Below the pieces are notes generated by a model, which was not told where the DNA came from, did no database searches, and was given only the letters and a program-made list of their open reading frames with translations. From NCBI GenBank assembly GCA_963755915.1, contig CAVWLP010000002.1:3648001-3712000 (forward strand): DNA of 64,000 nt, written 5' to 3'. Source of the DNA: an uncultured Phycisphaerales bacterium (GTDB lineage Bacteria > Planctomycetota > Phycisphaerae > Tepidisphaerales > Tepidisphaeraceae). The translations under genes and the position numbers were made by a program. How positions within the stretch are numbered: the first letter of the stretch is position 1; every line of letters begins with the position of its first letter. Shown here piece by piece: positions 1 to 12,496 of the stretch.

Positions 1-317
1 CGGGCGAGAATCGAGTCATCTTCGAGCTCTGGCGATTCTTCCCGCCGCGCTTCGGTCACTTCGCCGGGTGTGGCCATGCCCGGCATCGCGTAGTTCGTCG
101 GCTGAGCGATTGGCGAATCGGCCAACGGCAACGCGGCCCTCAGTTCAGCAAGCCCCTGACGGAAGTACCCCGACAAGGCCGTTGACCGTACTGGTAATGT
201 TGCTGCGCGTCCTTTCATTGAGCTTTGCAAAGGCCTTCCAAAACTTCACGGCGTTGTCCAAATCCGCGAGCCGCCGAGGGTCCCGTTCCAAACGCTCAGC
301 TTCCGTCAAACACGCCC

Positions 318-1109
318 AGCCTTGCCAAGGGCACTGCACTCAAAACCCTCAACGATATCGATGTCGCCTTCTACGTGAGTGCCGGCAAAACTCCCACTGC
401 CGAAGCCGACCTGCTCAAATGGCTCGCCGAACGACTCCGCGAAGCCTATCCCCAGATGAAGCCAGATCAGATTCAGCCAAATAATCATTCCGTGACGATC
501 AAGTTCGCGGTCAGCGGCTTGAATGTCGATGTGGTGCCGGTGCAATACGCCGGTGGTGCAGATGACCGCGGCTATCTCTTCGCGACCGACGGCGGCAAGC
601 CGGTACTCACTAGCATTCCGTTACACTTGAAGTTCATTCGCAAGCGGAAGGACCGGCAAAAGACGCATTTTGCCCAGATTGTGCGCCTGATCAAATGGTG
701 GGTGCGATTGCAGAAGACAAACGATGACGCGTTTCGCCTTAAGTCCTTCATGACCGAGATGATTGTCGCGCATGTTGCCGACGCGGGGGCGGACTACAGC
801 GACTATACGATCGCCATGGAGAAGGTGTTTACCTACATTGTGAAGTCACGGCTGAAGACGAGGATCTACTTCACAGACTATTACTCAGCCTCAAAACTGC
901 CCGGCCCGACCGGCAAGCCAATCGAAATCTTCGATCCGGTCAATGAGATCAACAATGTCGCGGCCATCTACGACGAGACGCATCGTCAAAAGATCGTTGC
1001 GGCAGCACAGCAGGCTCTGGAATCCATCTCCGAAGCGCGGTTTGCAACTACGCGTGGCCGTGCGGTCGAGTGCTGGCACGATGTTTTGGGGCCTTCTTTC
1101 CGAGGATAA
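318..1109 (+). pseudogene. CBASS cGAS/DncV-like nucleotidyltransferase (CD-NTase), apparently 5'-truncated
   Basis: SLAKGTALKTLNDIDV and VDVVPV pol-beta NTase motifs, followed by HORMA and TRIP13 genes. The Gly of the GS motif is replaced (TPSLAKGT) and no frame upstream of 318 resembles a CD-NTase N-terminus. Confidence 0.8.
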
Positions 1110-1113
1110 TCCG

Positions 1114-1623
1114 ATGAGTTACACGACGACCAAAACCACCACATTCACAATCACCAACGCACGCTACCTGGCGTCGAAGGTCGCCGCTGATATGCACCTT
1201 TGTGCGCAATATTACGGCAAGCCCTCCGAGCAAAATATCCGCGAATATGCCGAGGAACTGGCCCAATATATCAACGAGGGCTATCTCAGTGAGTACGAAT
1301 TCGGTTTTAAGAAGGACGACAAACGGCTCGTCACTTGGCGCTACAGAATAGACGCTAACGGACTGCTTACGACCGACGATCGGCCGGGAAAAATTGTCGC
1401 CTATGTCGATATCGCAGGAGCAACCTTTTTCAACTTCCTGACCCAGAGCAGCCGCTTCCTCAACCTGTCTTCCAACGACCAAGCCAAGTTCGAGGCGAGC
1501 CTGCCTGTCACGCGCACTTCCGGCCACGCGCCCTCTGATGGTAACGGCTACTGGACCAGTGACCGGAATTATTACTCGTCCGGCCAGGGACTTGGCCGGC
1601 AAACCTTTCAGCCACTGACATGA
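1114..1623 (+). CDS. cap7: Bacterial HORMA-domain protein (type III CBASS sensor)
   Basis: MSYTTTKTTTFTITNARYLASKVAADM N-terminus; position between CD-NTase and AAA ATPase; GAGG RBS upstream. Confidence 0.85.
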   Translation: MSYTTTKTTTFTITNARYLASKVAADMHLCAQYYGKPSEQNIREYAEELAQYINEGYLSEYEFGFKKDDKRLVTWRYRIDANGLLTTDDRPGKIVAYVDIAGATFFNFLTQSSRFLNLSSNDQAKFEASLPVTRTSGHAPSDGNGYWTSDRNYYSSGQGLGRQTFQPLT

Positions 1624-2960
1624 ATCAAGAACGCACAGGCATTTTCGAAGAGGTTCGCGAGTTTCCAGACCCCGCCGCGGCGCGACGTTTCGGGGCACTT
1701 GTCGGACTCAACCGCGTGAAGGACCGACTCCTCAAAGAGGCGAGGCTGTTGCTCGACCCGGAGAGTCTCACAGCGTGGAGCCAAAAGCACCACCACAAGA
1801 AAATCAGGATAACCGATTTCTTCTACGACAGACCGCCACTCTTTATCTTCGCCGGCGACGTTGGAACAGGGAAGACTGCATTGGCCGAGACATTCGGCGA
1901 TGCCGTCGCGCGTGAAGCCGACATTGGCGTCACCCTCTACGCCCTTAGCCTTAACGCTCGCGGGACCGGCGCGGTAGGTGAGATGACCAGTTTGATCTCC
2001 GCGGCGTTTACCGAAGTTCGCAATGCGGCAAGAAAAGCATCCGGTCGTGGAGGCAAGCATCGGTCTGGTATCGTGCTTCTTATCGATGAGGCCGATGGCG
2101 TGGCGCAGTCCCGCGAATCGGCGCAAATGCATCACGAGGATCGTGCTGGCGTGAACGCGCTCATCCGTGGCGTTGACGATCTTGCTAACGGCACCTTGCC
2201 CGCCATAGTTGTCTTGTGCACAAACCGCATCGAAGCCATCGACCCGGCGGTCCGCCGGCGAGCAGCCGCGACATTCATTTTCACCCGCCCCAATGACGAA
2301 CAGCGTCACGCCGTGCTCGACCCCGTCCTGGAAGAAGTTGGGTTTAGCAAGACGCAGATTCAGTCGATTGTGCACGCCACCGGCGCCACTATTCGAAGTC
2401 GCCATCAATACCCGTACTCCACTCATCTTCCGATGCTTGCCGACGTCCAACGGCTGGACGCGGCGCCAGTGTCGGACGAACGACGACTTCGCGAGTTCAA
2501 CCTTCGCGATGTCGAGGAATTCCGCAGCGCCTTGGATCTCGTAGGGGTCCTTTGCGCATCGGCGACGCACGTCGCCGCCTTTGCAATGGGCGGCTTGGCG
2601 TGCCTCGAATATATTACGAAAAAGGCAGGTGCCGATCACGCCACCGACCTAACTCCTTTTCGAAACAAGTTCCATGTTTTCGGGGGTCTGAATTGGAAGA
2701 CAGGGGGTACGGAAAACAAAGATCGCTTTGACACTTGGATCCGCAGCTTGTCACCCGGATCAACTGTCATCCTCTTCGATACCGGCCGGGTGGGAAACGC
2801 CGCAGGCCAGCTGTTAAATCGGATGTTCGCGCTGCGCAAGTCACCGAAGGGGCTACCCGATCAACTCACTGTGCACATTATCGTGCTTGGCGAGCGCAGC
2901 CGTCCTAATTGGCCCACCGTCTTTGCGTGCGAGGCCCGTTTGTTACACCTATATGCCTGA
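1620..2960 (+). CDS. cap6: TRIP13/Pch2-like AAA+ ATPase (CBASS); C-terminus replaced by unrelated sequence after about 2390
   Basis: Walker A GDVGTGKT, Walker B LLIDEAD, sensor TNR, DPAVRRR arginine finger; start overlaps the HORMA stop (ATGA). Confidence 0.8.
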   Translation: MNQERTGIFEEVREFPDPAAARRFGALVGLNRVKDRLLKEARLLLDPESLTAWSQKHHHKKIRITDFFYDRPPLFIFAGDVGTGKTALAETFGDAVAREADIGVTLYALSLNARGTGAVGEMTSLISAAFTEVRNAARKASGRGGKHRSGIVLLIDEADGVAQSRESAQMHHEDRAGVNALIRGVDDLANGTLPAIVVLCTNRIEAIDPAVRRRAAATFIFTRPNDEQRHAVLDPVLEEVGFSKTQIQSIVHATGATIRSRHQYPYSTHLPMLADVQRLDAAPVSDERRLREFNLRDVEEFRSALDLVGVLCASATHVAAFAMGGLACLEYITKKAGADHATDLTPFRNKFHVFGGLNWKTGGTENKDRFDTWIRSLSPGSTVILFDTGRVGNAAGQLLNRMFALRKSPKGLPDQLTVHIIVLGERSRPNWPTVFACEARLLHLYA

Positions 2961-3051
2961 TCAAACTTCCGTAAATCCGCCTTCTCACTGAACTAAGTGG
3001 TGTCCCACCTTTCCCGACTCATATTCGGGAAAATCGATAACAATTTTTTTC

Positions 3052-3114
3052 TTGCAAATCCACATACCGACGATAGTCTATAAACCGGTTTATTGATGAA
3101 ATAAATCGTTTTAT
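3052..3114 (+). promoter_or_regulatory. Putative sigma70 promoter with LacI-type operator palindrome
   Basis: TTGCAA (3052) -16 nt- TAGTCT (3074); perfect palindrome ATAAACCGGTTTAT at 3080-3093 and degenerate copy ATAAATCGTTTTAT at 3101-3114, directly before a LacI gene. Confidence 0.6.
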
Positions 3115-4134
3115 GAAAACGGCTGAAATTACCATCCGGCCCACCCTCGCAGATGTCGCAAGACGCCTGGGCGTCTCAAAATCAGCTGTCAGTCAGACCG
3201 TTAATTGGAAGCCGGGACGAACCACCACCATTAAAGAGGAGACCCGCCAGCGGATCCTTCGGACTGTTGAGGAAATGGGCTACCAGGCCAGTTGGCGCGG
3301 GCAAGTGCTCGCCATGCAGCGAAGTGAGGCCGTCGCGGTGGTCTATTCCGCGCCCCTCGGAGCCGTCCCGCGGGGCGTATATCTCGAGGTGGTTGATCAC
3401 ATCGAAATGCAGCTTGGCAAGTCCGGGCTTTGCCCGACCTTCGTTCACATCAAAGATCATTCCGAGCGATTCGATCGGCTCATGGGCGGCGCCCGTTTCG
3501 ACGGCTGCCTGAGCCTCGGTCTGCTTGCCCCTGAAGTGCTCGATGTGCTTCGCAAACATCAGGTCCCGACGGTTCTCATCAATTCCGAAGCCGACCAGAC
3601 TTGGACGCACGTCGATGTCGGGGACGAAAAGGGGACCGAGCTGGTGATGCAGCACTTTCTTTCGCTGGGTCACAAGCGTATCGCGTACAACGCCGGTCCC
3701 AATCCGCCGCTGCACCGCAGGCGCAAATCCGTTCGCAGACGTATCGCCGATGCATGCAGCGCGCCGGCCTGACGGCACGCGATCCATTCGTCGGCCCGGT
3801 CGACAAATTCGTGCAGCAGTTGATCAGCGATCCGAATCCGCCAACCGCCGTTTTGGTCTTCGACCATTGGGTGGCGGTTAAGCTCCTTCAGGAATTCTGG
3901 CGGAAGGGAATTCGCGTTCCCCACGACGTCAGCGTCGCGACATTCAACGATACATATCCCGTCAACGAAACGATTCCCCCATTGACGACCGTCGCACTTC
4001 CGGCGGAGCAGATGGCGCAGCATGCCGTTCGGCTATTGCTTGAGCGCATCGAGCTTCCGCAAACAGAGCCCGAGACGGTCGTCCTGGAGGAGAGCCTTAT
4101 CGTGCGCGAAAGCACGGCGAAACCCAAAGTGTAA
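3113..4134 (+). CDS. LacI-family transcriptional regulator (frameshift near 3710)
   Basis: PTLADVARRLGVSKSAVS HTH; GHKRIAY, VPHDVSVATFND, PPLTTV and LIVREST sugar-binding-domain motifs split over two frames. Confidence 0.9.
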
Positions 4135-4177
4135 GCGTTTCTCACCTCGGCAGAGGGTGTGAAACAGAGGAGGAAAA

Positions 4178-6079
4178 GTGCGTCTGAAAACAAAAATAGC
4201 GATCGCGAACGCAGCGACCCTGGCGATGGCCGCCGTCAGCAGGGGGCAGGTCATCGCCTCCTATAACTTTGGATCCGGCGGCACGTTCACCGCCGACGCG
4301 ACAACTTTGGCGGCGAACGTGACGGCCGGCGGGCTGGAGGACAGCGGCAATTTCGGAACGAACGATACGTTTTCCCCCGACACCGGCGTAGGCGGAGAAA
4401 GCGGGTGGTATTCCAACAATCCCAGCGGGAATTATCTCTCGGTCGCAAACGCGGGAAGCTCAACCGACAACGGCTATTGGGTGCAGGTGGACGTGACGGC
4501 GGCGGCGGGATACGTCATCAACCCGACAAGCTTTGAACTTTTCGGCGGGGCGGGGGGCAGCAGCGCGGTCCGAAGCGCGTACATCTTCGACAACGTTGAC
4601 GGCTACCCGACGAACATGGCGACGAGTGTTTCGAACAATTCTCCGCCGACGATCACCGGCGGCGATCTGCTGACGAGCGGAACTTTTACGGCCGTGCGCG
4701 GGACGGGCGGCACGCCGGCCATGAATGAAATCCAGGTCGCGAGCTTTCCGTCCGACGATCAGAATCTCACCTCCTTCACGGTTCGCGTCTATTTCGACAC
4801 GGAAGGGCTGGTGGGCAAGAACATTGATCTGGGGCAACTGGAGCTGGATGGTTCGGTCGTTTCTTCGGGGCCGGTGACACAGTCGACGTGGGTCACCAAT
4901 GGCTCGGGCGATTATAACAACCCGGCAAACTGGAGCAGCGGCGTTCCCAGCGGCGCCGGCGCGGAAGCCGATTTCCTCGGTGCGATCACGGCCAGTAACG
5001 TCGTCTACACAGACAGTTCCGTGACGCTGGGGAAGATCGTTTTCAATAATTCAAACTCGTATGAGCTTGACGGCGCGGTCGGGACGAATCTAACGCTTCA
5101 AAGTTCGTCGTCGGCCCTGGTGGATGTGCAGTCCGGCACACATGAGATCAATCTGCCGCTGGTTTTGGCCAGCAATACGACGTTCGAAACGGATTCCTCG
5201 ACGGCAAGTTTGGTCATCGCCAACCCGATGACCATTAATTCAGGCGTAACGCTGACGACCACCGGCAGCGGTACCGTGACGTATCAATCGATTGTCAACG
5301 TCGGGTCAAATGCTTCCATCGCATTCGCCAGCTCGACCTACGCGAACACGCTGAATCTGGCGGCCAATTCAACCGCCACGGTCAGCGCCCCGCTGGTGGA
5401 ATTAGACAATCTTTCCGACCTGGGAACGCTGAACGTCAAGAACAATGAGGTGCTGATCAACTACGCCGGCGGTTCCGACCCTATTGCCGCGGTCGCAGGC
5501 TATCTCAACAGTGGATTCAACAACGGCCACTGGAACGGCCCGGGCATTATTTCCACCAACGCGCAAACCCTCACCAACGGCCTGCGCTATGGCCTGGGTT
5601 GGGCCGACAGTGCGGATCATATTGTAGCCGGACTCAGCTCCGGTGAGATCGAGATCAAATACACGCTGCTCGGCGACGCCAACCTGGACGGAACCGTGAA
5701 CGGATCCGACTTCTCGATCCTTGCCGCGAACTTCGGACTGGGTCACACGAACTGGGACCAGGGGAATTTCCTTTACACTTCGTCCGTCAACGGATCTGAT
5801 TTTTCCGCCCTCGCCTCCAACTTCGGCCAGGGCGCATCCGGGGCGGGCGTGACGCCGGCGGACATCGCGGCCCTGGACGCATTCGCCGCGGCCAACGGCC
5901 TAACTGTCCCGACAGTCACGGCGGTTCCCGAACCCGTTTCGGGCGGGCTGCTTGCTCTGGGCGCCCTGGGCCTGCTGGGACGGCGGCGCCTGGGCGCGGC
6001 GCTTGCTCTGAATTCAAATCACACGGTTCACTTCCCACACAATGTTCAATTCACATCGGAGGAAAGAGTATGCGAGTGA
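4178..6079 (+). CDS. Secreted PEP-CTERM protein with dockerin-like domain
   Basis: Signal peptide; GDANLDGTVNGSDF dockerin-like repeats; VPEP + hydrophobic segment + RRR. Confidence 0.85.
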   Translation: MRLKTKIAIANAATLAMAAVSRGQVIASYNFGSGGTFTADATTLAANVTAGGLEDSGNFGTNDTFSPDTGVGGESGWYSNNPSGNYLSVANAGSSTDNGYWVQVDVTAAAGYVINPTSFELFGGAGGSSAVRSAYIFDNVDGYPTNMATSVSNNSPPTITGGDLLTSGTFTAVRGTGGTPAMNEIQVASFPSDDQNLTSFTVRVYFDTEGLVGKNIDLGQLELDGSVVSSGPVTQSTWVTNGSGDYNNPANWSSGVPSGAGAEADFLGAITASNVVYTDSSVTLGKIVFNNSNSYELDGAVGTNLTLQSSSSALVDVQSGTHEINLPLVLASNTTFETDSSTASLVIANPMTINSGVTLTTTGSGTVTYQSIVNVGSNASIAFASSTYANTLNLAANSTATVSAPLVELDNLSDLGTLNVKNNEVLINYAGGSDPIAAVAGYLNSGFNNGHWNGPGIISTNAQTLTNGLRYGLGWADSADHIVAGLSSGEIEIKYTLLGDANLDGTVNGSDFSILAANFGLGHTNWDQGNFLYTSSVNGSDFSALASNFGQGASGAGVTPADIAALDAFAAANGLTVPTVTAVPEPVSGGLLALGALGLLGRRRLGAALALNSNHTVHFPHNVQFTSEERVCE

Positions 6080-6855
6080 AATTGGCTTTAGCGCTGGTAT
6101 CGATCGTCGGCCTTGGAATGCCGCTGTGCACGAGAGGATCGGTTATCGCGGCGTACAACTTTGGCCCGAGCTCCACGAGCTTCACGTACGCCGCGACGAC
6201 GCTGGCGGCAAACGTGACGGCCAGCGGGCTTAATAGCGCCATAGGCGCCAACACGACCGAATCGACAAACGACGGCGTAAGTTTTTACGCGAGTCAACCG
6301 GGACCGAATGTTATGTCGGTCTCGCAATCGGGGAGCTCGACCGACAATGGATATTGGGTGCAGATGATCATCACCGCCGCGGCGGGCTACGTGATCGATC
6401 CATCAAGTTTTGAGCTGTTCGGCGGGGCGGGCGGAGGCACGACCGGCCAGCGCAGCGCGTACATTTTTGACGACAAGGACACGCCGGGATTTACGGGCGC
6501 ACCGAGCAATCTGAACCTGGCGACCAACGCCGGCGCCGGCCCGACGATCACGTCAAACGGCAATCCCTATTCACCGCTGGCCAGCGGAAGCTTCACGGCG
6601 ATCCGCAATACGAATGCAACGATGAATGAGATTCAGGTGGCCAGCTTTCCGTCGGACGACGTGAATCTGAGCGAGTTCACGGTTCGCGTCTATTTCGACA
6701 CGCAGGCGGGCGTAAGCAAAAACATCGACCTGGGGAAGCTCGAGCTGGATGGTTCGGTCGTGGCGGTGCCGGAGCCACAGTCGGTTGGGCTGGCGTTTCT
6801 GGCAGGGGCGATGGCGTGTGGAATTCGGCGCTGGCGGTCAACGCCGGTTGTCTGA
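6070..6855 (+). CDS. PEP-CTERM protein, paralog of the N-terminal domain of the upstream gene
   Basis: Signal peptide; C-terminal VPEP-TM-RR; shares STDNGYWVQ, SFELFGGAGG, MNEIQVASFPSDD and FTVRVYFDT with 4178..6079. Confidence 0.85.
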   Translation: MRVKLALALVSIVGLGMPLCTRGSVIAAYNFGPSSTSFTYAATTLAANVTASGLNSAIGANTTESTNDGVSFYASQPGPNVMSVSQSGSSTDNGYWVQMIITAAAGYVIDPSSFELFGGAGGGTTGQRSAYIFDDKDTPGFTGAPSNLNLATNAGAGPTITSNGNPYSPLASGSFTAIRNTNATMNEIQVASFPSDDVNLSEFTVRVYFDTQAGVSKNIDLGKLELDGSVVAVPEPQSVGLAFLAGAMACGIRRWRSTPVV

Positions 6856-6879
6856 GTCAAAGTTTTCACCCGGGACCTT

Positions 6880-7843
6880 ATGTCTTATCAAATTCCAATG
6901 AACGGCGATTCGCGCACGCAGTTTCCGGGGGCGCGTTTGACGCGTAGCGGATTCACGCTCGTCGAGCTTCTGGTTGTGATCGGAATCATCGCGGTTCTGG
7001 TCGGCATCCTGCTGCCGGCGCTGAGCCGCGCGGGAGCAGGCGAACACGACGCAGTGCCTGTCGAACCTGCGCCAGATCGGCACAGCCATCCAGAATTACG
7101 CCTCGGATTACCAGGCGTATCTCGTCCCCGGGCGATATGACTCACCGTCATACCCTGCCAGCAGTGTCGCCGAGCTGGAAAACTGGTGCACCATTCTGGT
7201 GAATGGAAAATATCTTCCCACACCCCCGCAGGCGCCTTCGCTGAACGGGGCATGGCAGGACACGTCGTATGGCGATTCGGTCTTCCGCTGCCCGGATGGT
7301 ATGAACAACCGCGGCGATATTTCCGGGATGAGTAACCCGCAGACGCCGATTGATCCGCTCGGCTCGCTTTTCACACGCCTGCAATCGGCGTCCACCGGCA
7401 CGCGCGTGGACACATGGTATGCCATCAACGGGTGGACCGCAACGTCAAACGCATCGGAAGTAAATGCATTCGCACGTTGGCCGTTTACGGACATGCCGGC
7501 GCCCATTTCCGGCTTGCAACAAAAGCTGCACAAGCTGACGGATTTCCGCAACAACGCGGAATTGGTGCTGGTGTTTGACGGCTACTACTGGGCCCAGCAG
7601 GACGCCGAAAACGTCAACTGCCGGCATAACAAATGGTCGCAGTGCAACCTGCTTATGGCCGACGGTCACGCGGCAACGATTGGCCTGGTCGATCTGACCG
7701 GCGGAATCACCGCGAACAAGATCACAACGGCGATGTACAATCCGGCCGGTAGCGCGCCAAGTGCGTATACCAGCGGTGTTGGCTCCTACCTCAAGACTTA
7801 TCAAAATGGCTTCCGTTTCATCCTCACGCCCAATGGTCCCTAG
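6880..7843 (+). CDS. Prepilin-type N-methylation / H-X9-DG (DUF1559-like) protein (frameshift near 7035)
   Basis: [26 protein letters not shown]-terminus; C-terminal [16 protein letters not shown] in the second frame. Confidence 0.85.
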
Positions 7844-9648
7844 CCGTAAAATCGCAGCGATGGTGGGGGGGGTGATGCTGTTGGCTGTTTGGGCCGCAGC
7901 ATTGCCCGCCGCCGCGATCTCATTGCCGCCGAATCAGCTTGTGTTGGGTCCGGGACTGGAGCTGTTTCATCTGGTCGGGCAAGACGCCGCCCAAACTCAG
8001 GCACAAATTGTCTTGGTGCAAGGGCAGCCATTTGATCGTGCCTGGAGGATAGAGGTTCGCGCACAGCCGCAGGCTGAATATCAAATCCAGCTTGTCGGGG
8101 CGATTCCAGAAAAGCTGAATCGCGGCGAAATCATCTGGCTGACGGCCTGGGCTCGATCGCCGCAAAATTCTCAGCCCGATCAACAGGGCCGAATCGGCCT
8201 CGTGCTGGAAGAACGTGTCGATCCATTCGACAAGATTCTGACCCGTCAATTCAGCGTCGGCGCCGACTGGCAGCGCCTGAGCGTCGCCGCCAGGCTCGCG
8301 CGCGATTTTCCCTCCGGCAGCCTGCACGTCTGTCTGCGCGTCGGATTCTTTCCGCAGACGATCGAGATCGGTGGCATCGAACTACGGCGTTTTGATCCCT
8401 CGATCGCCCTGTCGACTCTGCCTCAAACCCCGATGACCTATCCCGGCCGCGAGGTCGATGCCGCGTGGCGACGTCAGGCTCAAGAGCGGATCGATTCGAT
8501 TCGCAAATCGATGCTGAGCGTCCGAGTGACCGACGCCGCAGGCCAGCCCGTCAGCGGAGCGGCGGTCCACATCCGCATGCTCCGCCAGGCATTTGCCTTC
8601 GGAAGTGCTTACAGCGACGCGCGCTTCCCCGAAACCAGAGCCGAGACTTCCGACGACCTGGCATATCAGCAGCACTTCGCCGAACTTTTCAACACCGGCG
8701 TCGACGAGCAGGGCATGAAATGGCCGGATTGGGAAAACCCGGCGACGCGCGACGCGACGATGCGCGCTGCAATGGATGTGCGACCACGGCATCGACGTCC
8801 GAGGCCACAACCTGGTCTGGCCCGGCTGGCGACACCTTCCCGCCGATCTGCACGCGCAGGCCGGCGATCCCGGGGCGCTTCAGCTTCGCGTTGCCGCTCA
8901 TATTCGCGATATCGCCGGAAAACTTTCCGGCCAAGTGACCGAATGGGACGTTGTCAACGAGCCGTACCTGAACAACGACCTCCTGCATATTCTTGGCGTT
9001 AGCGCGATGGCCGACTGGTTTAAGTTCGCGCACCGGACCGACCCACTCGCCCAGCTCTACCTGAACGAAACCGACGTCCCCAATTCCCCGCCGCGCGATC
9101 GCCGTTACGATTTTCTCTACAACGAAATCCAGACACTCCAGCGCGAAGGCGCGCCCATCGGCGGAATCGGAATGCAGGCCCATTTCAGCGATGATTTGAT
9201 CGCACCGATGGACCTGCTGGCGATCTACGACCGTTTTGCGTCGCTGCAAATTCCAATCCGCATTACCGAACTCGACGTCGACAGCCAGGACGAACAATTG
9301 CAGGCCGACTATTTTCGCGATTTCCTGACGGCTTCCTTCAGCGATCCGGAAATCAACGGCATCATCCTCTGGGGATTCTGGCAAAAGCAGCATTGGCGGC
9401 CGGACGCGGCGCTATTCCGCAGCGACTGGAGCATCAAACCCAACGGCCAGGTCTGGAAGGACCTCGTCATGACCAAGTGGCGGACCAACACCGACGGCAC
9501 AAGCGGCGCTGACGGAGATTATGGCGTGCGGGCGTTTCTCGGCGAGTACTTGATTACGGTAACCGCCGAGGGGCGCACCTATTCGCAAAAAGTCCGGCTA
9601 CCCAGGGAAGGCTGCACGACTGACTTCAAGCTCGACAAAGCGGGTTGA
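7833..9648 (+). CDS. GH10 glycoside hydrolase (xylanase-like) with N-terminal CBM-like domain (frameshift near 8770)
   Basis: RGHNLVW, WDVVNEP (acid/base), GIGMQAH, ITELD (nucleophile), WGFW motifs. Confidence 0.88.
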
Positions 9649-9678
9649 TGGCGAGCTTCGCAGCGAGGGAGAGAATTT

Positions 9679-12374
9679 ATGTGGCGAAAATCTTCGAGCG
9701 AAAGTCGAGCCAAGCGGCGCACGGCGTCTTCTCTCGCCGAAATTCTCGAACCGCGCCTCCTTCTCTCCACGGTCACGGTGAACACCACAACGACCATACG
9801 AACTGTTCCGGCCGACATGATCGGGGTAAACACCGCCCCCTGGGATCCCGCCCTCAGTTCTTCGCAAACACTCAGCCTCTCCGAGGCAGCGGGATTAAAT
9901 GCCGTCCGCATCGGCGGAGGCTCAACCGCCGACAGGATCCATTTCAACTCAACCTCATATTACCTCGATCCAACTACCACCACTTCCAGCGCGACTCTGT
10001 CCAGTACTTCCATGTTCGGCCAGGGCGCGCTTTACGCGGCATCGCTGAACGCCACGGCAATCGTTACCGTCAATTACGGCGAAGGCAGCCCGCAGGAAGC
10101 CGCCGCACTTCTCTCCTATCTCGACGGCTCAACCACCAATACGACGAGCCTCGGCTCCGGCGAGCAATGGAACGTCAGCACCCAATCGTGGCAGATGGTG
10201 AATTGGCAAACCGTCGGTTACTGGGCAAGCCTGCGCGCCGCGGCGCCGTTGGCTCATGACGACGGTTTAAATTTTCTGCGCATCAACCACCCCGCTTCCT
10301 TCAACATTCAATATTGGGAGGTCGGCAACGAAGTTTACGGAAGCTGGGAAGCCGACGAGCACGGCGGAACCGGCGATTCGCTCCCTATGCCCGCCGGCGA
10401 AACGCCCAAGGCGCACGACCCGGCCACGCTCATCTCATTCGCCAAACAATTCGCAACACTGGCATCGCAGATCGCTCCCGGCATCCTGATCGGCTACGAC
10501 AGCCAGGCCGTCGACGGCAGCTATAACAACTGGATTGCCGCCACCCTTCAGCAGTGTGCTTCACAGGGATTTACCCCGGGCTTCATCGCTGACCATTACT
10601 ACACATCCGTCTCCCCCGGCAGCGAAAACGACGCGACTTTGCTGGGCATTTCCAACACGCCCACCAGCGGAAATACCTACGACTGGTCGCAGCGCGCCGA
10701 CGACTACGACAACCTGATAAACGAATATCTCGGCTCCGCCGGCAAAAACGTCCAGTTAATCGCCGACGAAGTAAACTCCATCCCCGACGACCCCGGCAAA
10801 CAAACCACCAGTCTCGTGAACGGCCTTTTCATCGCCGACGCCATCGGCAGCGCCCTGGAATCGACGGGTTCAAACGGCCTGCCAGGCTTTCAAGGCTTCT
10901 GGATCTGGGATCTGCACGACAGCGGATACAGCGGCAACGCCGGCTCCAGCCTCTATGGCTGGCGCAGCCAGGGCGATTACGGAATCATCGGCAGCGGAAC
11001 CGGCTACGCCCTCGGCGAACTCTCCCCCGATTACTTCGCCCTGCAACTGGCCTCAAAAATATTCAGCTCCGGCGGAACGCTGGTCTCCTCCAGCGAAGAC
11101 AACGAAACCGCCGTCGACACCTTCGCCGTCCTCGAACCCAATGGCCAGCTCGACCTGCTCGTGGTCAATAAGACCGATCCCCGCCTCAACGGCGACACCG
11201 CAACTCCGCCCAGCAATCTTCCCGATCCATCGCTGACCGAAACCTTCGATATCAACGGCTTCCTCGCCAATCCCCAGGCAACCATCTGGCAATACGGCGT
11301 CGCACAGGACGACGCGCAGGCAACGTCGCCAAATTTCACTTCTTCGCTGGCCAATTCGACGGTGACGCTCGCCCAGACCAACGGCAATTTCAGCCTGGTT
11401 CTGCCGGATTATTCCATGACCGTCATCCAGTTGACGCCTGTGGTCTTCGCCGCCCAGTCGGGCCCAACGCTCAACGTCAATTTGAACAATTTCTCGCCCA
11501 TAGCACTGGGGAGTTCCGGCAACAGCGTTACCGTCACCGAGGAGGGTCATCAACTCTCGTACACCGGGATCACGGCGATTGTTATCAACGGCTCAAGCAC
11601 GAACAACGTGCTCAATTTCAACGGCCCCCTCACCACTCCACTCACGTTCATCGGAAATGCGACGACGACGTTGAACGTCGTCAGCGGCGCCGTGAATTTC
11701 GCCAACACCACCTCGATCACGCTCGGAACATTGTCCATCGCGTCCGCCGCCAGCGCCGTCATGCCGACACAGACAGTTGCCGAGGCCCAGCTCGTGCTCA
11801 GCGCCTCTCGATTGCCCCCGGCGGCACGCTCGATCTGACGAACAACCAAATGTTGATCAATTACCCCAGCAGCGCCGACCCGATCGCCATCATCGTCGCC
11901 GATCTGGCGTCGGGGTACAACGCCGGGTCGTGGAACGGAACCGGCATCATTTCCTCAACCGCAGCCAATTCCAACTACGCCCTGGGTTATGCCGACTCTG
12001 CCGACGCCAACAATCCCGCGAATCTCCCCGCCAACCAGATCAAAGTCATGTTTACGCTTCTCGGCGACGCCAACCTCGACGGCGTGGTGAACGGCACCGA
12101 TTTCAGCATCCTCGCCGCCAATTTCGGTCTCGGCGTCACCAACTGGGACCAGGGCAACTTCCTCTACGGAAGTTCCGTCAACGGCTCCGATTTCAGCGCC
12201 CTTGCCGCCAACTTCGGCCAGGGCGACAGCATCGCGGCAACTTCCGCGGCCGCATCAACGTCCGCGACCACGACATTCTCAACCTCTTCCGATTCCACGC
12301 TCCTTGACGACCAAAGAGCCAACCCGCGCCCTGCTCATCGCGGGCACCAATCGATCGGACGGTTGGATAAGTGA
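9679..12374 (+). CDS. LEPR-XLL exported clan-A glycoside hydrolase (GH51/GH44-like) with dockerin-like tail (frameshift near 11800)
   Basis: EILEPRLLLS; YWEVGNEVYGSWE; C-terminal TLLGDANLDG..NGTDF..NWDQGNF in ORF 11850..12374. Confidence 0.7.
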
Positions 12375-12496
12375 AACGCTTTTTATCCACGTCGCTTTTG
12401 GCATCCCTGGTCTGCGCGGCCGCAGCGATTTTGATTTCCGATCCGTCCCGCGCGCATCTTCGCTTACACTTCGCACAAATTAATCGCGAGGAAACG

